In this document: positions 23,766 to 32,553 of the stretch, one piece after another
Layout: each line of letters opens with the position of its first letter
Numbering within the stretch: the stretch's first letter is position 1
Origin: a virus
Lineage: Duplodnaviria; Caudoviricetes
Length of the DNA: 38,206 nucleotides
Strand: one strand, 5' to 3'
IMG/VR virus record: IMGVR_UViG_3300049228_000060
Location: 1 to 38,206 of that record
Translations under genes and position numbers: made by a program
The notes under the pieces: model-generated
Seen by the model: the letters and a program-made list of their open reading frames with translations, nothing else
Told to the model about the DNA's origin: nothing
The model's database searches: none

Positions 23766-24719
23766 ATGACTCAGCCGATAGATATTATTTCAGGATCCCT
23801 AAGATCGATTGGTGCATTGGAGTCCGGGGAGACACCGGAACCGGCTTCAGCCAATGATGCTCTTGTTTTGCTCAATGACATGTTGGACTCCTGGTCTAAC
23901 GAAAAGCTGATGGTCTTTTGTGTCCAGGAACTCATTCACGAACTGACCGCTAACCAATATATTTATACGGTCGGCCCTGGCGGGATGATTGGCAGTGCAT
24001 TTACAGGCTCTATCGCTGGAAACCTGTTAACCGTTACTGCCATAGCCTCTGGCGCGCTCTCAGTAGGGCAAACAATCTCGGGTACAGGTGTTACAGCCGG
24101 AACCTCGATTACCGCTCTAGGAACAGCGATAGGCGGCAATGCACAAAATGGGGTTGGGACGTATCAACTTAATCTTCCGAGCACAGTCGTAAGCTCCTCG
24201 CTGACCTCCACTGCTGTTCGGCCTATTCGAATTAATAGCGGGTTTGTCCGGGTCGTGAATGCGATTTCAGGCACGCTGGATTATCCGATTGCTATTTTGT
24301 CCTCAGAAGAATACGAGTGCATTGGGATTAAGACGTTACCCGGGCCGTGGCCTAGAGCCGTTTATTATCAACCGTCTGAACCGACAGGGACGTTGTACTA
24401 CTGGCAAAACCCCAGTCAGGGCGAAATGCATTTATTCTGCGACACCGTGTTAAATCGCTTTCAGACCATGAACGACACGGTAACGCTCCCGCCCGGCTAT
24501 CTAATGGCTCTTCGGTGGAATCTGGCTGAACTGCTGTTACCCGAATATGGGAAGGCCGATCCGAGCGGCGTTCAATTAATCCAAAAGAATGCCGCGATGA
24601 GCAAAGGGGTATTAAAGCGCTCCAATATGAACCCACAACAGGCAGCTAGGTTTGACGACATGATGGTTAGCGGTCGCCGGAAGGATGCGGGCTGGGTGAT
24701 TTCGGGCGGCTACACATGA
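23766..24719 (+). CDS. Head-tail adaptor (P22 gp4-like) with inserted Gly/Thr-rich domain
   Basis: [16 protein letters not shown]......[11 protein letters not shown] and LPPGY..ALRWNLA..L.PEYG; insertion [14 protein letters not shown]...GTYQLN. Confidence 0.8.
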   Translation: MTQPIDIISGSLRSIGALESGETPEPASANDALVLLNDMLDSWSNEKLMVFCVQELIHELTANQYIYTVGPGGMIGSAFTGSIAGNLLTVTAIASGALSVGQTISGTGVTAGTSITALGTAIGGNAQNGVGTYQLNLPSTVVSSSLTSTAVRPIRINSGFVRVVNAISGTLDYPIAILSSEEYECIGIKTLPGPWPRAVYYQPSEPTGTLYYWQNPSQGEMHLFCDTVLNRFQTMNDTVTLPPGYLMALRWNLAELLLPEYGKADPSGVQLIQKNAAMSKGVLKRSNMNPQQAARFDDMMVSGRRKDAGWVISGGYT

Positions 24720-24743
24720 GGGTTTTGAGCGGGGGATTTTAAA

Positions 24744-26201
24744 GTGCCAGATTTTGGGTTTAATGGTGACGCCTACACAGCCCCATCAATTTATCAGAAT
24801 GATTCTGAACTTATCAATTGGTATTGCGAAGTCGATCAGCGCAAAGCCCCGGCCAGTGCGACCAGTCCTGCGGAGCGCGGTCGGGTCACTCTTTACCCCA
24901 CGCCGGGTCTTACCGCTGTTTTACAACTGATTGCCGGTGAAGTCCGAGGGCTATATGTCTTTCCGGGCGGACAAATTCTTATCGCTGTGTCGGGCAGTAC
25001 GGTTTATTCCATTTCCTCGGCCTTTGTTCCAACCGTTGTCGGGACGCTGGCCAGTTCATCCAGCCCCGTATCTATTTCAGATAACGCTGTTTCTGTCTAC
25101 ATTGTCGATGGTGCAAATCGTTACGCCTACACCCCGTCAACGGGTGTTTTCATAACACTTCCATCAACAGACGGAGCATTTACCGGTGCAGATAGGGTAG
25201 ACAATATTGATAACTTCCTGATCTACAATCGACCCGGTACGCAACAATGGGGATCTACCGCCGCGCTATCGATTAATTCGGCTGCGTTAAGTTTTGCATC
25301 TAAATTCGGCTCTTCCGATAATTTAGTGACACTGATTTGCGATCACCGCGAAGTCTGGCTATTAGGCGAGCGAACCAGTGAGGTTTGGGTGGATGTAGGG
25401 TCTTTCCCCTTCCCCTTCCAGATTATTCCGGGTACAGCCATTCAGCATGGGTGTGGGGCGAAGAACTCGATTACCCGTTTCGGCAATACGTTTGCTTTCC
25501 TGGCCAAAGATAGCAGGGGTCAGACTATTTTTGCTCAGGCTGAGGGGTATTCCTTCAAACGAATATCTACCCATGCGGTCGAGAGCGATTTACTTAATCA
25601 AACGGTCTCCGACTGTATTGGCTATACCTACCAAGTCGAAGGGCACGAGTTCGCGGTATTCATTTTCCCAACCGCTGATAAAACATGGGTGTTCGACCTC
25701 ACCACGCAGATGTGGCACAAATGGTTATCCGTCGATTCGTTAAACGTCTTTCATCGGCATAGAAGTAATTGTTTTGCCTTGTTCCAGAATCAGTTAATCG
25801 TCGGTGACTATCAAAACGGCCTTTTGTATAGCATTGATAAGACAAAATTCACCGATAACGGTGCGACTATCCGACGGGTGCGTCGGTGCCCACACTTAGT
25901 AGCCGATTTCAAACAATTCTACTTTTCACAACTCCAGCTGCAGTTTCAGCCAGGGGTTGGTCTTGATGGCATTCAACAAGGTACAGACCCCCAAGCCATG
26001 CTTCGATGGTCGAATGACGGGGGTTCCACGTGGAGCAATGAGCACTGGAAATCGATAGGACAAATAGGAAAATATCGTAATCGAGTTATCTGGCGGCGTT
26101 TAGGCCAGTGTCGAGACCGTATTTTCGAGGTCGTGGTGACAGACCCGATTAATGCCGTGATCGTTTCAGCCAATTTGGAAGCCGAGCCGGGGACCAACTA
26201 A
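24744..26201 (+). CDS. Packaged-DNA stabilisation/tail hub protein (P22 gp10 family)
   Basis: LYPTPGL, VWLLGERTSEVW, ISTHAVE, TYQVEGHEF, TWVFD..T..WH, LRWSNDGGSTW, WRRLG..RDRIFEV..TDP. Confidence 0.9.
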   Translation: MPDFGFNGDAYTAPSIYQNDSELINWYCEVDQRKAPASATSPAERGRVTLYPTPGLTAVLQLIAGEVRGLYVFPGGQILIAVSGSTVYSISSAFVPTVVGTLASSSSPVSISDNAVSVYIVDGANRYAYTPSTGVFITLPSTDGAFTGADRVDNIDNFLIYNRPGTQQWGSTAALSINSAALSFASKFGSSDNLVTLICDHREVWLLGERTSEVWVDVGSFPFPFQIIPGTAIQHGCGAKNSITRFGNTFAFLAKDSRGQTIFAQAEGYSFKRISTHAVESDLLNQTVSDCIGYTYQVEGHEFAVFIFPTADKTWVFDLTTQMWHKWLSVDSLNVFHRHRSNCFALFQNQLIVGDYQNGLLYSIDKTKFTDNGATIRRVRRCPHLVADFKQFYFSQLQLQFQPGVGLDGIQQGTDPQAMLRWSNDGGSTWSNEHWKSIGQIGKYRNRVIWRRLGQCRDRIFEVVVTDPINAVIVSANLEAEPGTN

Positions 26202-27223
26202 TGGCCATTCCTGCGGTAAATATTCCGCGCTCTCCGTTTATCGAGAAGGAGACAGGAAGAATATCGAAGGAATGGCTGGCCTTCCTATTAAACCCCTCCT
26301 TTCTCACGCTCAACATTACAACGGCCAACATTACCGGCGTTCTCTCCGTGGTCAATGGCGGAACTGGAAACAATACCCCGTTGACAGACGGTCAATTATG
26401 GGTGGGAAGTACATCGAATCCGCCGAACCCTAAAACGATTACCGGTGATGCAGCACTGACGACAACGGGGGCGTTAACCATTAACACCCATGCTGTCATC
26501 AATAGTAAACTAGCCCAAATGCCTACCCTTACGATAAAGGGAAACAATACTGGCAGTGTGTCAGATCCGCTAGATTTAACCGCTGCTCAAGTACAAGGGA
26601 TGCTGGCATTAAGCACCCGGCAGACATTTATCACCGGGGTAGCGTTAACGTATAACACTCCGGCCAATTGCCGACAGCTGCGCATACGGATGATCGGTGG
26701 TGGTGCTGGGGGTGGTGGTACGGGTGTTGGGGCCGGGGATGGAGTTAACGGGGTTAATTCGACGTTCTCTGGCGGATCACTGGTTGCCGGCGGTGGAAGT
26801 GGTGGATTTGCAGGCACACATGCCGGTGGACCTACTGCAGGGGCGGGGGGTTCTCCGACTAATGGCAGTCCTGGATTTTTTGGTAATGCAGGATTTCCCG
26901 GAGAAACGCTGGCTAACGCTTCGGGTGGTAATGGCGGAGCAGGCACATTAGGTGGCCTTGGAGCCGGTGGTGTAGCCGTCCTTGGCGGTGGAGCGCCCAA
27001 TAACTCCGGGGGTGGTGGTGGCGGTGCGGGAGCGACAGGAACGCCGGTTATCAGTGGGGCCGGTGGCGGATCAGGAGCTTATGTAGAGTTTCTGATTAAC
27101 AGTCCTCTCGGAACCTATACTTATACCGTTGGGGCCGGTGGTAATGGTGGTGCTGCGGGGACTTTAGGTCTAGCCGGTGGTGCAGGTGGGTCGGGGATTT
27201 TAATTGTGGATGAGTATTATTGA
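26201..27223 (+). CDS. Tail needle/fibre protein (gp26 position) with C-terminal glycine-rich domain
   Basis: P.SPFIEKETGRISKEW..FL N-terminus; C-terminal Y.TP......I.MIGGGAGGGG...GAGGSGILIVDEYY Gly-rich domain. Confidence 0.75.
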   Translation: MAIPAVNIPRSPFIEKETGRISKEWLAFLLNPSFLTLNITTANITGVLSVVNGGTGNNTPLTDGQLWVGSTSNPPNPKTITGDAALTTTGALTINTHAVINSKLAQMPTLTIKGNNTGSVSDPLDLTAAQVQGMLALSTRQTFITGVALTYNTPANCRQLRIRMIGGGAGGGGTGVGAGDGVNGVNSTFSGGSLVAGGGSGGFAGTHAGGPTAGAGGSPTNGSPGFFGNAGFPGETLANASGGNGGAGTLGGLGAGGVAVLGGGAPNNSGGGGGGAGATGTPVISGAGGGSGAYVEFLINSPLGTYTYTVGAGGNGGAAGTLGLAGGAGGSGILIVDEYY

Positions 27224-27771
27224 TGAATAATTTCCAGCGCATTGCGCAAAATATCGATGTGATACCACTCCTGCTCGCCATTAAATTACAGCCGGAATTG
27301 TGGGATGCGCATGGACTTCGTAGAGAAAGACCGCTTTCTCCCCACTATTCCGCACCTGATATTTGGGTACGATACAATGCTCCTGAAAAAATTAATGAGC
27401 CTGATTTTACCGAAGAGCATTACCCTATCTGGTATCCATCCTATCAAAAGCTGCCTCAATTACGCGCTTTGATCTTCCCTCTAATGGCCAGACTAGAGGC
27501 TACCCATTTGGGAGGGGTTTTGATTACTAAGATTCCTCCTGGGAAATCGATTCTTCCGCATACGGACAGAGGTTGGCATCCAGAATTTTATTCCACAAAG
27601 CTCTATATTCCTTTACAGACTAATCCAGATTGTATTAATCGGGTTGAAAATGAAACTGCAGTTATGAAGACCGGCGAATGCTGGTATTTCAATAATACAG
27701 TTGAGCATGAAGTCATCAATAACGGTTCGGATGATCGGATTACTTTAATTATTTGCATGAGAACTGAATGA
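27223..27771 (+). CDS. Aspartyl/asparaginyl beta-hydroxylase-family 2OG-Fe(II) oxygenase
   Basis: ITKIPPGKSILPHTD (HxD), GECWYFNNTVEHEVINNGSDDRITLII (distal His and 2OG-binding Arg). Confidence 0.85.
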   Translation: MNNFQRIAQNIDVIPLLLAIKLQPELWDAHGLRRERPLSPHYSAPDIWVRYNAPEKINEPDFTEEHYPIWYPSYQKLPQLRALIFPLMARLEATHLGGVLITKIPPGKSILPHTDRGWHPEFYSTKLYIPLQTNPDCINRVENETAVMKTGECWYFNNTVEHEVINNGSDDRITLIICMRTE

Positions 27772-28100
27772 TGAAAATCCCAGACTCTATTGGCCCTATC
27801 GAGCTTCCCAATGTGGAATGGGCATTGGCCGATGATATTTTCATCAAACAGATGCTAATGGATAAAGCCAATATATTGGTTCCTCAGCATAGTCATGCCT
27901 ATGACCATATTTCTATGCTGGCCGCTGGATCAGTCAGGGTTTGGAAAGATGGCAAATGGTGGCAGGATATTAAGGCTCCTCTCCCTATTTTTATTGCTCA
28001 AGGAATTAAACACACTTTTATGAGCCTTGAACCCAATACATTAATTTACTGTATTCATCAAGCTAGAAATGGTGTAGTTGATATTAAGGAGTATGCATAA
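27768..28100 (+). CDS. Cupin-domain protein
   Basis: VPQHSHAYDHISMLAAGSVRV ... IFIAQGIKHTF...E..T..YCIH cupin motifs. Confidence 0.85.
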   Translation: MMKIPDSIGPIELPNVEWALADDIFIKQMLMDKANILVPQHSHAYDHISMLAAGSVRVWKDGKWWQDIKAPLPIFIAQGIKHTFMSLEPNTLIYCIHQARNGVVDIKEYA

Positions 28101-29023
28101 TGCCATGGGGTGTAGCAGCAGCAGTAGTAGGCGTAGCGGGGGCCGTTTATTCGGCAGATGCCTCCAAGAGCGCCGCAAGTAAACAGGCCGGCGCGGCAGA
28201 TAGTGCGGCTGCGGCCCAGTTGGCTCAATTTAATACCATCAATGACCAGCAAGCCCCTTATCGATTGGCAGGCTATGGCGCATTAAATGATTTGCAAAGC
28301 GGTCTCGGCCATCAAACTTCAGCTCCTGCAAAAGATCAGGCAGGATTTGATGCCGCTGCCTATTTAGCGGCTAATCCGGATGTAGCCAATAATCCTAATT
28401 GGTCAAAAGATCCGTGGGCGCATTATCAACAGCATGGCCAATCAGAGGGTCGAGATTATACTCCGAATGCCCAATACAACCAACAATTAGCGCAATCCCA
28501 GCAAACTCCTACGGGTAATTTTACCCACGCATTCGATATTAATGACCTGAATGCCAATATGGCCCCGAACTACGCCTTTATGCTAGATCAGGGCCAGAAA
28601 ACCAATATTAATGCTAATAATGCAACCGGAGGTCTGGTCAGTGGTAATGCCCTCCAAGGGCTGAATACCTTCAGTCAAAACTATGCTCAGAATGCCTATC
28701 AACAGGCTTATCAAAATTACAATGCGAACCAAACAAACATCTTCAACCGTTTGGCAGATATCGCAGGAATCGGTCAGACAGCGAATCAAACCACTGCCAA
28801 TGCCGGTATATCTACTGCACAGTCGGCCAGCAATTACTTGACCTCTGGGGCTGCTGCAAGCGCCGCGGGAACCGTCGGGTCAGCGAATGCGGTAACGTCA
28901 GGGATTAACAATGCAGCGGGCTGGGGTTATCTCTATGGTGGAGGTGGAAGAAATACATGGACGCCTGAGCAGGAGACTGCACAACTTAACTCACAAATAG
29001 CGGCTAGTCCAAACGGGCTTTAA
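28100..29023 (+). CDS. DNA ejection/transfer protein (P22 gp7-like)
   Basis: WGVAAAVVGVAGA..SA.A...AA..Q, APY..AG..AL, P.YAF..DQG......A.GGL.SGNAL..L..F.Q.YA. Confidence 0.85.
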   Translation: MPWGVAAAVVGVAGAVYSADASKSAASKQAGAADSAAAAQLAQFNTINDQQAPYRLAGYGALNDLQSGLGHQTSAPAKDQAGFDAAAYLAANPDVANNPNWSKDPWAHYQQHGQSEGRDYTPNAQYNQQLAQSQQTPTGNFTHAFDINDLNANMAPNYAFMLDQGQKTNINANNATGGLVSGNALQGLNTFSQNYAQNAYQQAYQNYNANQTNIFNRLADIAGIGQTANQTTANAGISTAQSASNYLTSGAAASAAGTVGSANAVTSGINNAAGWGYLYGGGGRNTWTPEQETAQLNSQIAASPNGL

Positions 29024-29031
29024 GGTGATAT

Positions 29032-30393
29032 ATGCCATTAGATCCGAGTATTTCCTTACAAGTCAAAAACCCCGATATGCTCAACACCATGAGTAGCTTT
29101 CTGGATTTGGGTAATAAAAAGCTGCAGCTGGAAAAGAATCGTCAGACATTTGCCGCTGATGTGGCGAGAGCTAATGCGGCCTCTCAAACTGAACAGGCGG
29201 GCGCTAAAGTAGCTACTGCCAATGTTCAACCACTGATCGATCAGCAAAAGGCCCAGACGCAAACGGCGCAAACGGGTGCTGAAGATTCAGCCTCTAATCT
29301 GCAGGCAAAATATCAGCGTCAAGTCGCTCAAAGTATGTCAGCACTGATTAAAGACCCTGCTGTGATATCAGGAGACCCCAAAGGGATTGCTGATGCTTTA
29401 GATCGCATGGCGGAACAGGATATTGCTGCCGGTGTTCCCAGGCTGAATGTCCGAGCGGGTATGGCCCATCTGTATCAAATGGCTGCGCAAGATCCTAAGA
29501 GTGTCGGACCGCAATTACAAACCCTATTGCAATCTCAACAGAATGCAGGTCAGCAAGCCGCCACTATTCAACCGAGTGGACCGATGGTTAACAACGGCCA
29601 GCAACAGGCACAAATTAATACTAATCCGTTTGCCGGCCCGAATGGCCCGGTTCCCGGTACAGTGGTACAAAATCTACCCCCGGTTGGGGCGCAGGTCTTT
29701 AACCCGACAACTAATGCACCGGCAATGGTCGGGCCTGGTGGTGGTATGGGCCCACAAACAGGCCCAGCATTAGGGCAGGTTGAAAATACCCAAGCAAATC
29801 AAGAAGAGACAAAAAATATTCGCGCTGCCGGCGACCAAGCACCTGTCCAGCGAAATATTAATCAAGCTATTCTAAAACTGTCGAGAGATACCACGACTGG
29901 ACCCGGTTCGCCAAAATGGCAAAATGCGCTTGCTGCTGTTTCGCTTGGAAACTATGGGGACAATTATCAGGAATTGGGTAAATATTTAGAGAAAAATGCC
30001 ATTAGCAATATGACGGCTATGGGGGGGGCCCCTTCTAATGCCAGGCTAGAAGCAGCATCTGCAGCGAATGGGTCACAACAATACAATCCGAATGCCTTGC
30101 AAGAAGTGACTAAATTCAATGATGCAACGAATACGGCGATTGAGAAATTCCGGCAGGGTGTCGATAAGGCAGTTGGGTTGAGAAATGAAGATATAAATGC
30201 GCTTCCTGAGTTTAAATCAGCTTGGGCAAAAAACCTTGATCCCAATATTTTCCGGGCAGAAAACGCGGTTAGAGATGGCGATACGTTAGAGCTGCAACGA
30301 CTGAAAACTGAATTAGGCCCAGCAGGATTGAAAAAGCTGGCCGAAAAACGTAAAGCGCTTGAGACCCTGACCAATACCGGGAAACTGCAATAA
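29032..30393 (+). CDS. DNA ejection protein (gp20 position)
   Basis: MPLDPSISLQV start, Q/A-rich helical composition, second gene of the ejection triplet. Confidence 0.7.
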   Translation: MPLDPSISLQVKNPDMLNTMSSFLDLGNKKLQLEKNRQTFAADVARANAASQTEQAGAKVATANVQPLIDQQKAQTQTAQTGAEDSASNLQAKYQRQVAQSMSALIKDPAVISGDPKGIADALDRMAEQDIAAGVPRLNVRAGMAHLYQMAAQDPKSVGPQLQTLLQSQQNAGQQAATIQPSGPMVNNGQQQAQINTNPFAGPNGPVPGTVVQNLPPVGAQVFNPTTNAPAMVGPGGGMGPQTGPALGQVENTQANQEETKNIRAAGDQAPVQRNINQAILKLSRDTTTGPGSPKWQNALAAVSLGNYGDNYQELGKYLEKNAISNMTAMGGAPSNARLEAASAANGSQQYNPNALQEVTKFNDATNTAIEKFRQGVDKAVGLRNEDINALPEFKSAWAKNLDPNIFRAENAVRDGDTLELQRLKTELGPAGLKKLAEKRKALETLTNTGKLQ

Positions 30394-32393
30394 TGGCTGA
30401 TGCAGTCTATGACTTTTTAAGCTCTGGAGGATCGATTCCTAAGTTTGCGGCTGCGCAAGAATCCAGTTCGGATAGTACTACTGGAGACCCAGTACATGAT
30501 TTCTTAGCCTCTGGTGGAGCGAATATAAAGATTGACCAGCCAAAAAAATCAATGTCAGCAGCTGATGCATTGGATTTAGTTGATACTGGAATTAGGCAGG
30601 CTGGCGCACACGTTGTCACTAGTCTTGGATCATCAATTGCAGGCGGGCATAAAGGGCTGTTTGATTTGATTCGAGGTAAAGGCTTTGAAGCAGCCGCAAA
30701 AGGGGTCGAAGATGTCCAGCAGGCGGGAACTTATCAGCCAATTAATCCAGTAGGCCAAGCGATTACGCAGGGTATAGAAGATAGACGAAACCCAATTAAC
30801 TATCCGGCAGTCGCAGCACAGTATTTGGGAGATAAGACGTTCGATGCGACTGGAAGCCCCGCAGCTGCTACTGTAGTGAATGTAGGAGTAAATGCAGCCC
30901 CTGCATTGCTTGGCATGTTTAAGGCTCGTGGTGGCGCTCCTGCAGCAGTGGAAAAGCCTGGATGGAATGAAGGTACACCACAGGCCCCAACCTCTCCGGT
31001 TTCGGCACCGCCAACACCACAAGCCGCAGCCTCTTCGGTTGCCTTGACGGCAGAAGATACGCAGCCTATTTCTGGCGGAATTCCCCCCGAACTGCATAGC
31101 TCTAATGCTGATGTACTTCGACGCATTGGGTTAGAGAATGCCAGAACTAGCGCGGTCCAAGGGAATGCCTTAGAGGCGGCGACAGATGCCCAATTAGCAA
31201 AATTTACCGGAGAGCCTGCTGGCAAAGCTGCGTTTGAACAATTAGCGGCTGAGCGCCAAGCATTAGAAAATCATGCTACTAGTATTGTGAAAGATACCGG
31301 TGGAACCATTGGGTTAGATCAGGGCGATTTAAAAGCCAGTGGTAAAACTATTGCTAAGCCATTTGATGATTTGAATACGCATTTTGATCAAGGCATTAAA
31401 AATATTTATGATATGGTTGATAAACGCGCGTCTGAAATTCCTAATGTTCCTACAACAGCGACTGATGCATTGTTTAATGATCGCTCTTTTAAAAACTCAG
31501 CAGGCGCACATGATTTAACCGGACAATTAAATTCATTAAAAGATGAATTCGAAAACTTTAAGGAAAATAATCCCGAAGGACTCGGGGCTAAAACGATGGA
31601 GCAATATCGTCAGTTTTTGAATCAGGCATGGGATAAAAGCAACCCTGCTAAAAACAATATGATCAGCAAAATTAAAGAAGCAGTTGATAGTGATGTATTT
31701 AAAGTCGCTGGGGAAGATATTTATAAGCAGGGCCGCGATCTTTATCAATTAAAACAACAGACCCTTGATAATCCAAAGGGTGTCGCTAAAATTATGGATT
31801 ATGATCCACATACGCCGATTAATCGAGCGACTGCATTTGAGGATATGCCGGATAAATTATTAGGACTCCCCTCCGATCAATTTAATAATATTGTTGATAC
31901 ATTGCGCAATATGCCGGATGAATTACAGCCACAAGCTCATGCGGCACTTAAAGCCATGCAAGCCCATGTAGGAAATAAATTATTAGAGGCCGGATCGAAA
32001 ACACAAACTCAATGGAATGCCCCAAAAGTTACAAATTTGATTAAAGGCAATAGCGAAAACATTCAAACCTTGTTTGCGGATAATCCCGAAGCTTTACAGA
32101 AGATTCAAGACTTGCAGAAAGCGGGTAATATTCTTCGATATAATCAAGGCTATCCAGGGGCTGCAGCGCAAGCGCAGATGGCCATGAAACAGGGCTTTCT
32201 AACACGTATGGTAAAACCCATTGGCACTGCAGCCGGTGGCGCTATTGGATCTATTTTAGGGCCATGGGGAGCTAGTGCTGGCTCGCTCGCTGGAGAAACC
32301 GCAGGCGTTAAAGCTGCTACCAGCATGGGCGAAAAAGCAGCTGTTAAAAATTGGGGGTCACGTGTTACGCCGATTTCTGACGTAGGCAAATAG
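30393..32393 (+). CDS. Large DNA ejection protein (gp16 position)
   Basis: 666 aa, helical, duplicated D.V.DFL.SGG N-terminal motif, C-terminal GxxxG-rich hydrophobic segment. Confidence 0.7.
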   Translation: MADAVYDFLSSGGSIPKFAAAQESSSDSTTGDPVHDFLASGGANIKIDQPKKSMSAADALDLVDTGIRQAGAHVVTSLGSSIAGGHKGLFDLIRGKGFEAAAKGVEDVQQAGTYQPINPVGQAITQGIEDRRNPINYPAVAAQYLGDKTFDATGSPAAATVVNVGVNAAPALLGMFKARGGAPAAVEKPGWNEGTPQAPTSPVSAPPTPQAAASSVALTAEDTQPISGGIPPELHSSNADVLRRIGLENARTSAVQGNALEAATDAQLAKFTGEPAGKAAFEQLAAERQALENHATSIVKDTGGTIGLDQGDLKASGKTIAKPFDDLNTHFDQGIKNIYDMVDKRASEIPNVPTTATDALFNDRSFKNSAGAHDLTGQLNSLKDEFENFKENNPEGLGAKTMEQYRQFLNQAWDKSNPAKNNMISKIKEAVDSDVFKVAGEDIYKQGRDLYQLKQQTLDNPKGVAKIMDYDPHTPINRATAFEDMPDKLLGLPSDQFNNIVDTLRNMPDELQPQAHAALKAMQAHVGNKLLEAGSKTQTQWNAPKVTNLIKGNSENIQTLFADNPEALQKIQDLQKAGNILRYNQGYPGAAAQAQMAMKQGFLTRMVKPIGTAAGGAIGSILGPWGASAGSLAGETAGVKAATSMGEKAAVKNWGSRVTPISDVGK

Positions 32394-32490
32394 ATAATCC
32401 TATTCCTATAGCTGCTGCAATAGTGCAATGAAGCCCTGTAATAGCTAGCAGAAACAGAAAGACTATAGACCATGCTATAAAATTAAACAT
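32365..32490 (-). CDS. 41-aa membrane peptide antisense to late operon (superinfection-exclusion candidate)
   Basis: MFNFIAWSIVFLFLLAITGLHCTIAAAIGIGLSICLRQKSA with AAGGAG RBS; lies between the gp16-like gene and the tail genes. Confidence 0.6.
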   Translation of the reverse strand: MFNFIAWSIVFLFLLAITGLHCTIAAAIGIGLSICLRQKSA

Positions 32491-32553
32491 TTTGCTTCTC
32501 CTTGTTAAGGAAAGCATGGCAGAACCACAGAAAAGCGCCAATAGGAATTATTT

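Noticed and set aside
26587-27000. Pro-rich minus-strand ORF
   Set aside because: It is the antisense shadow of Gly (GGN) codons in the needle/fibre gene.
32150-32473. 107-aa minus-strand track ORF
   Set aside because: It mostly overlaps the gp16-like gene and lacks an RBS; the 41-aa ORF in another frame (32365-32490) has a strong RBS and fits the gap.
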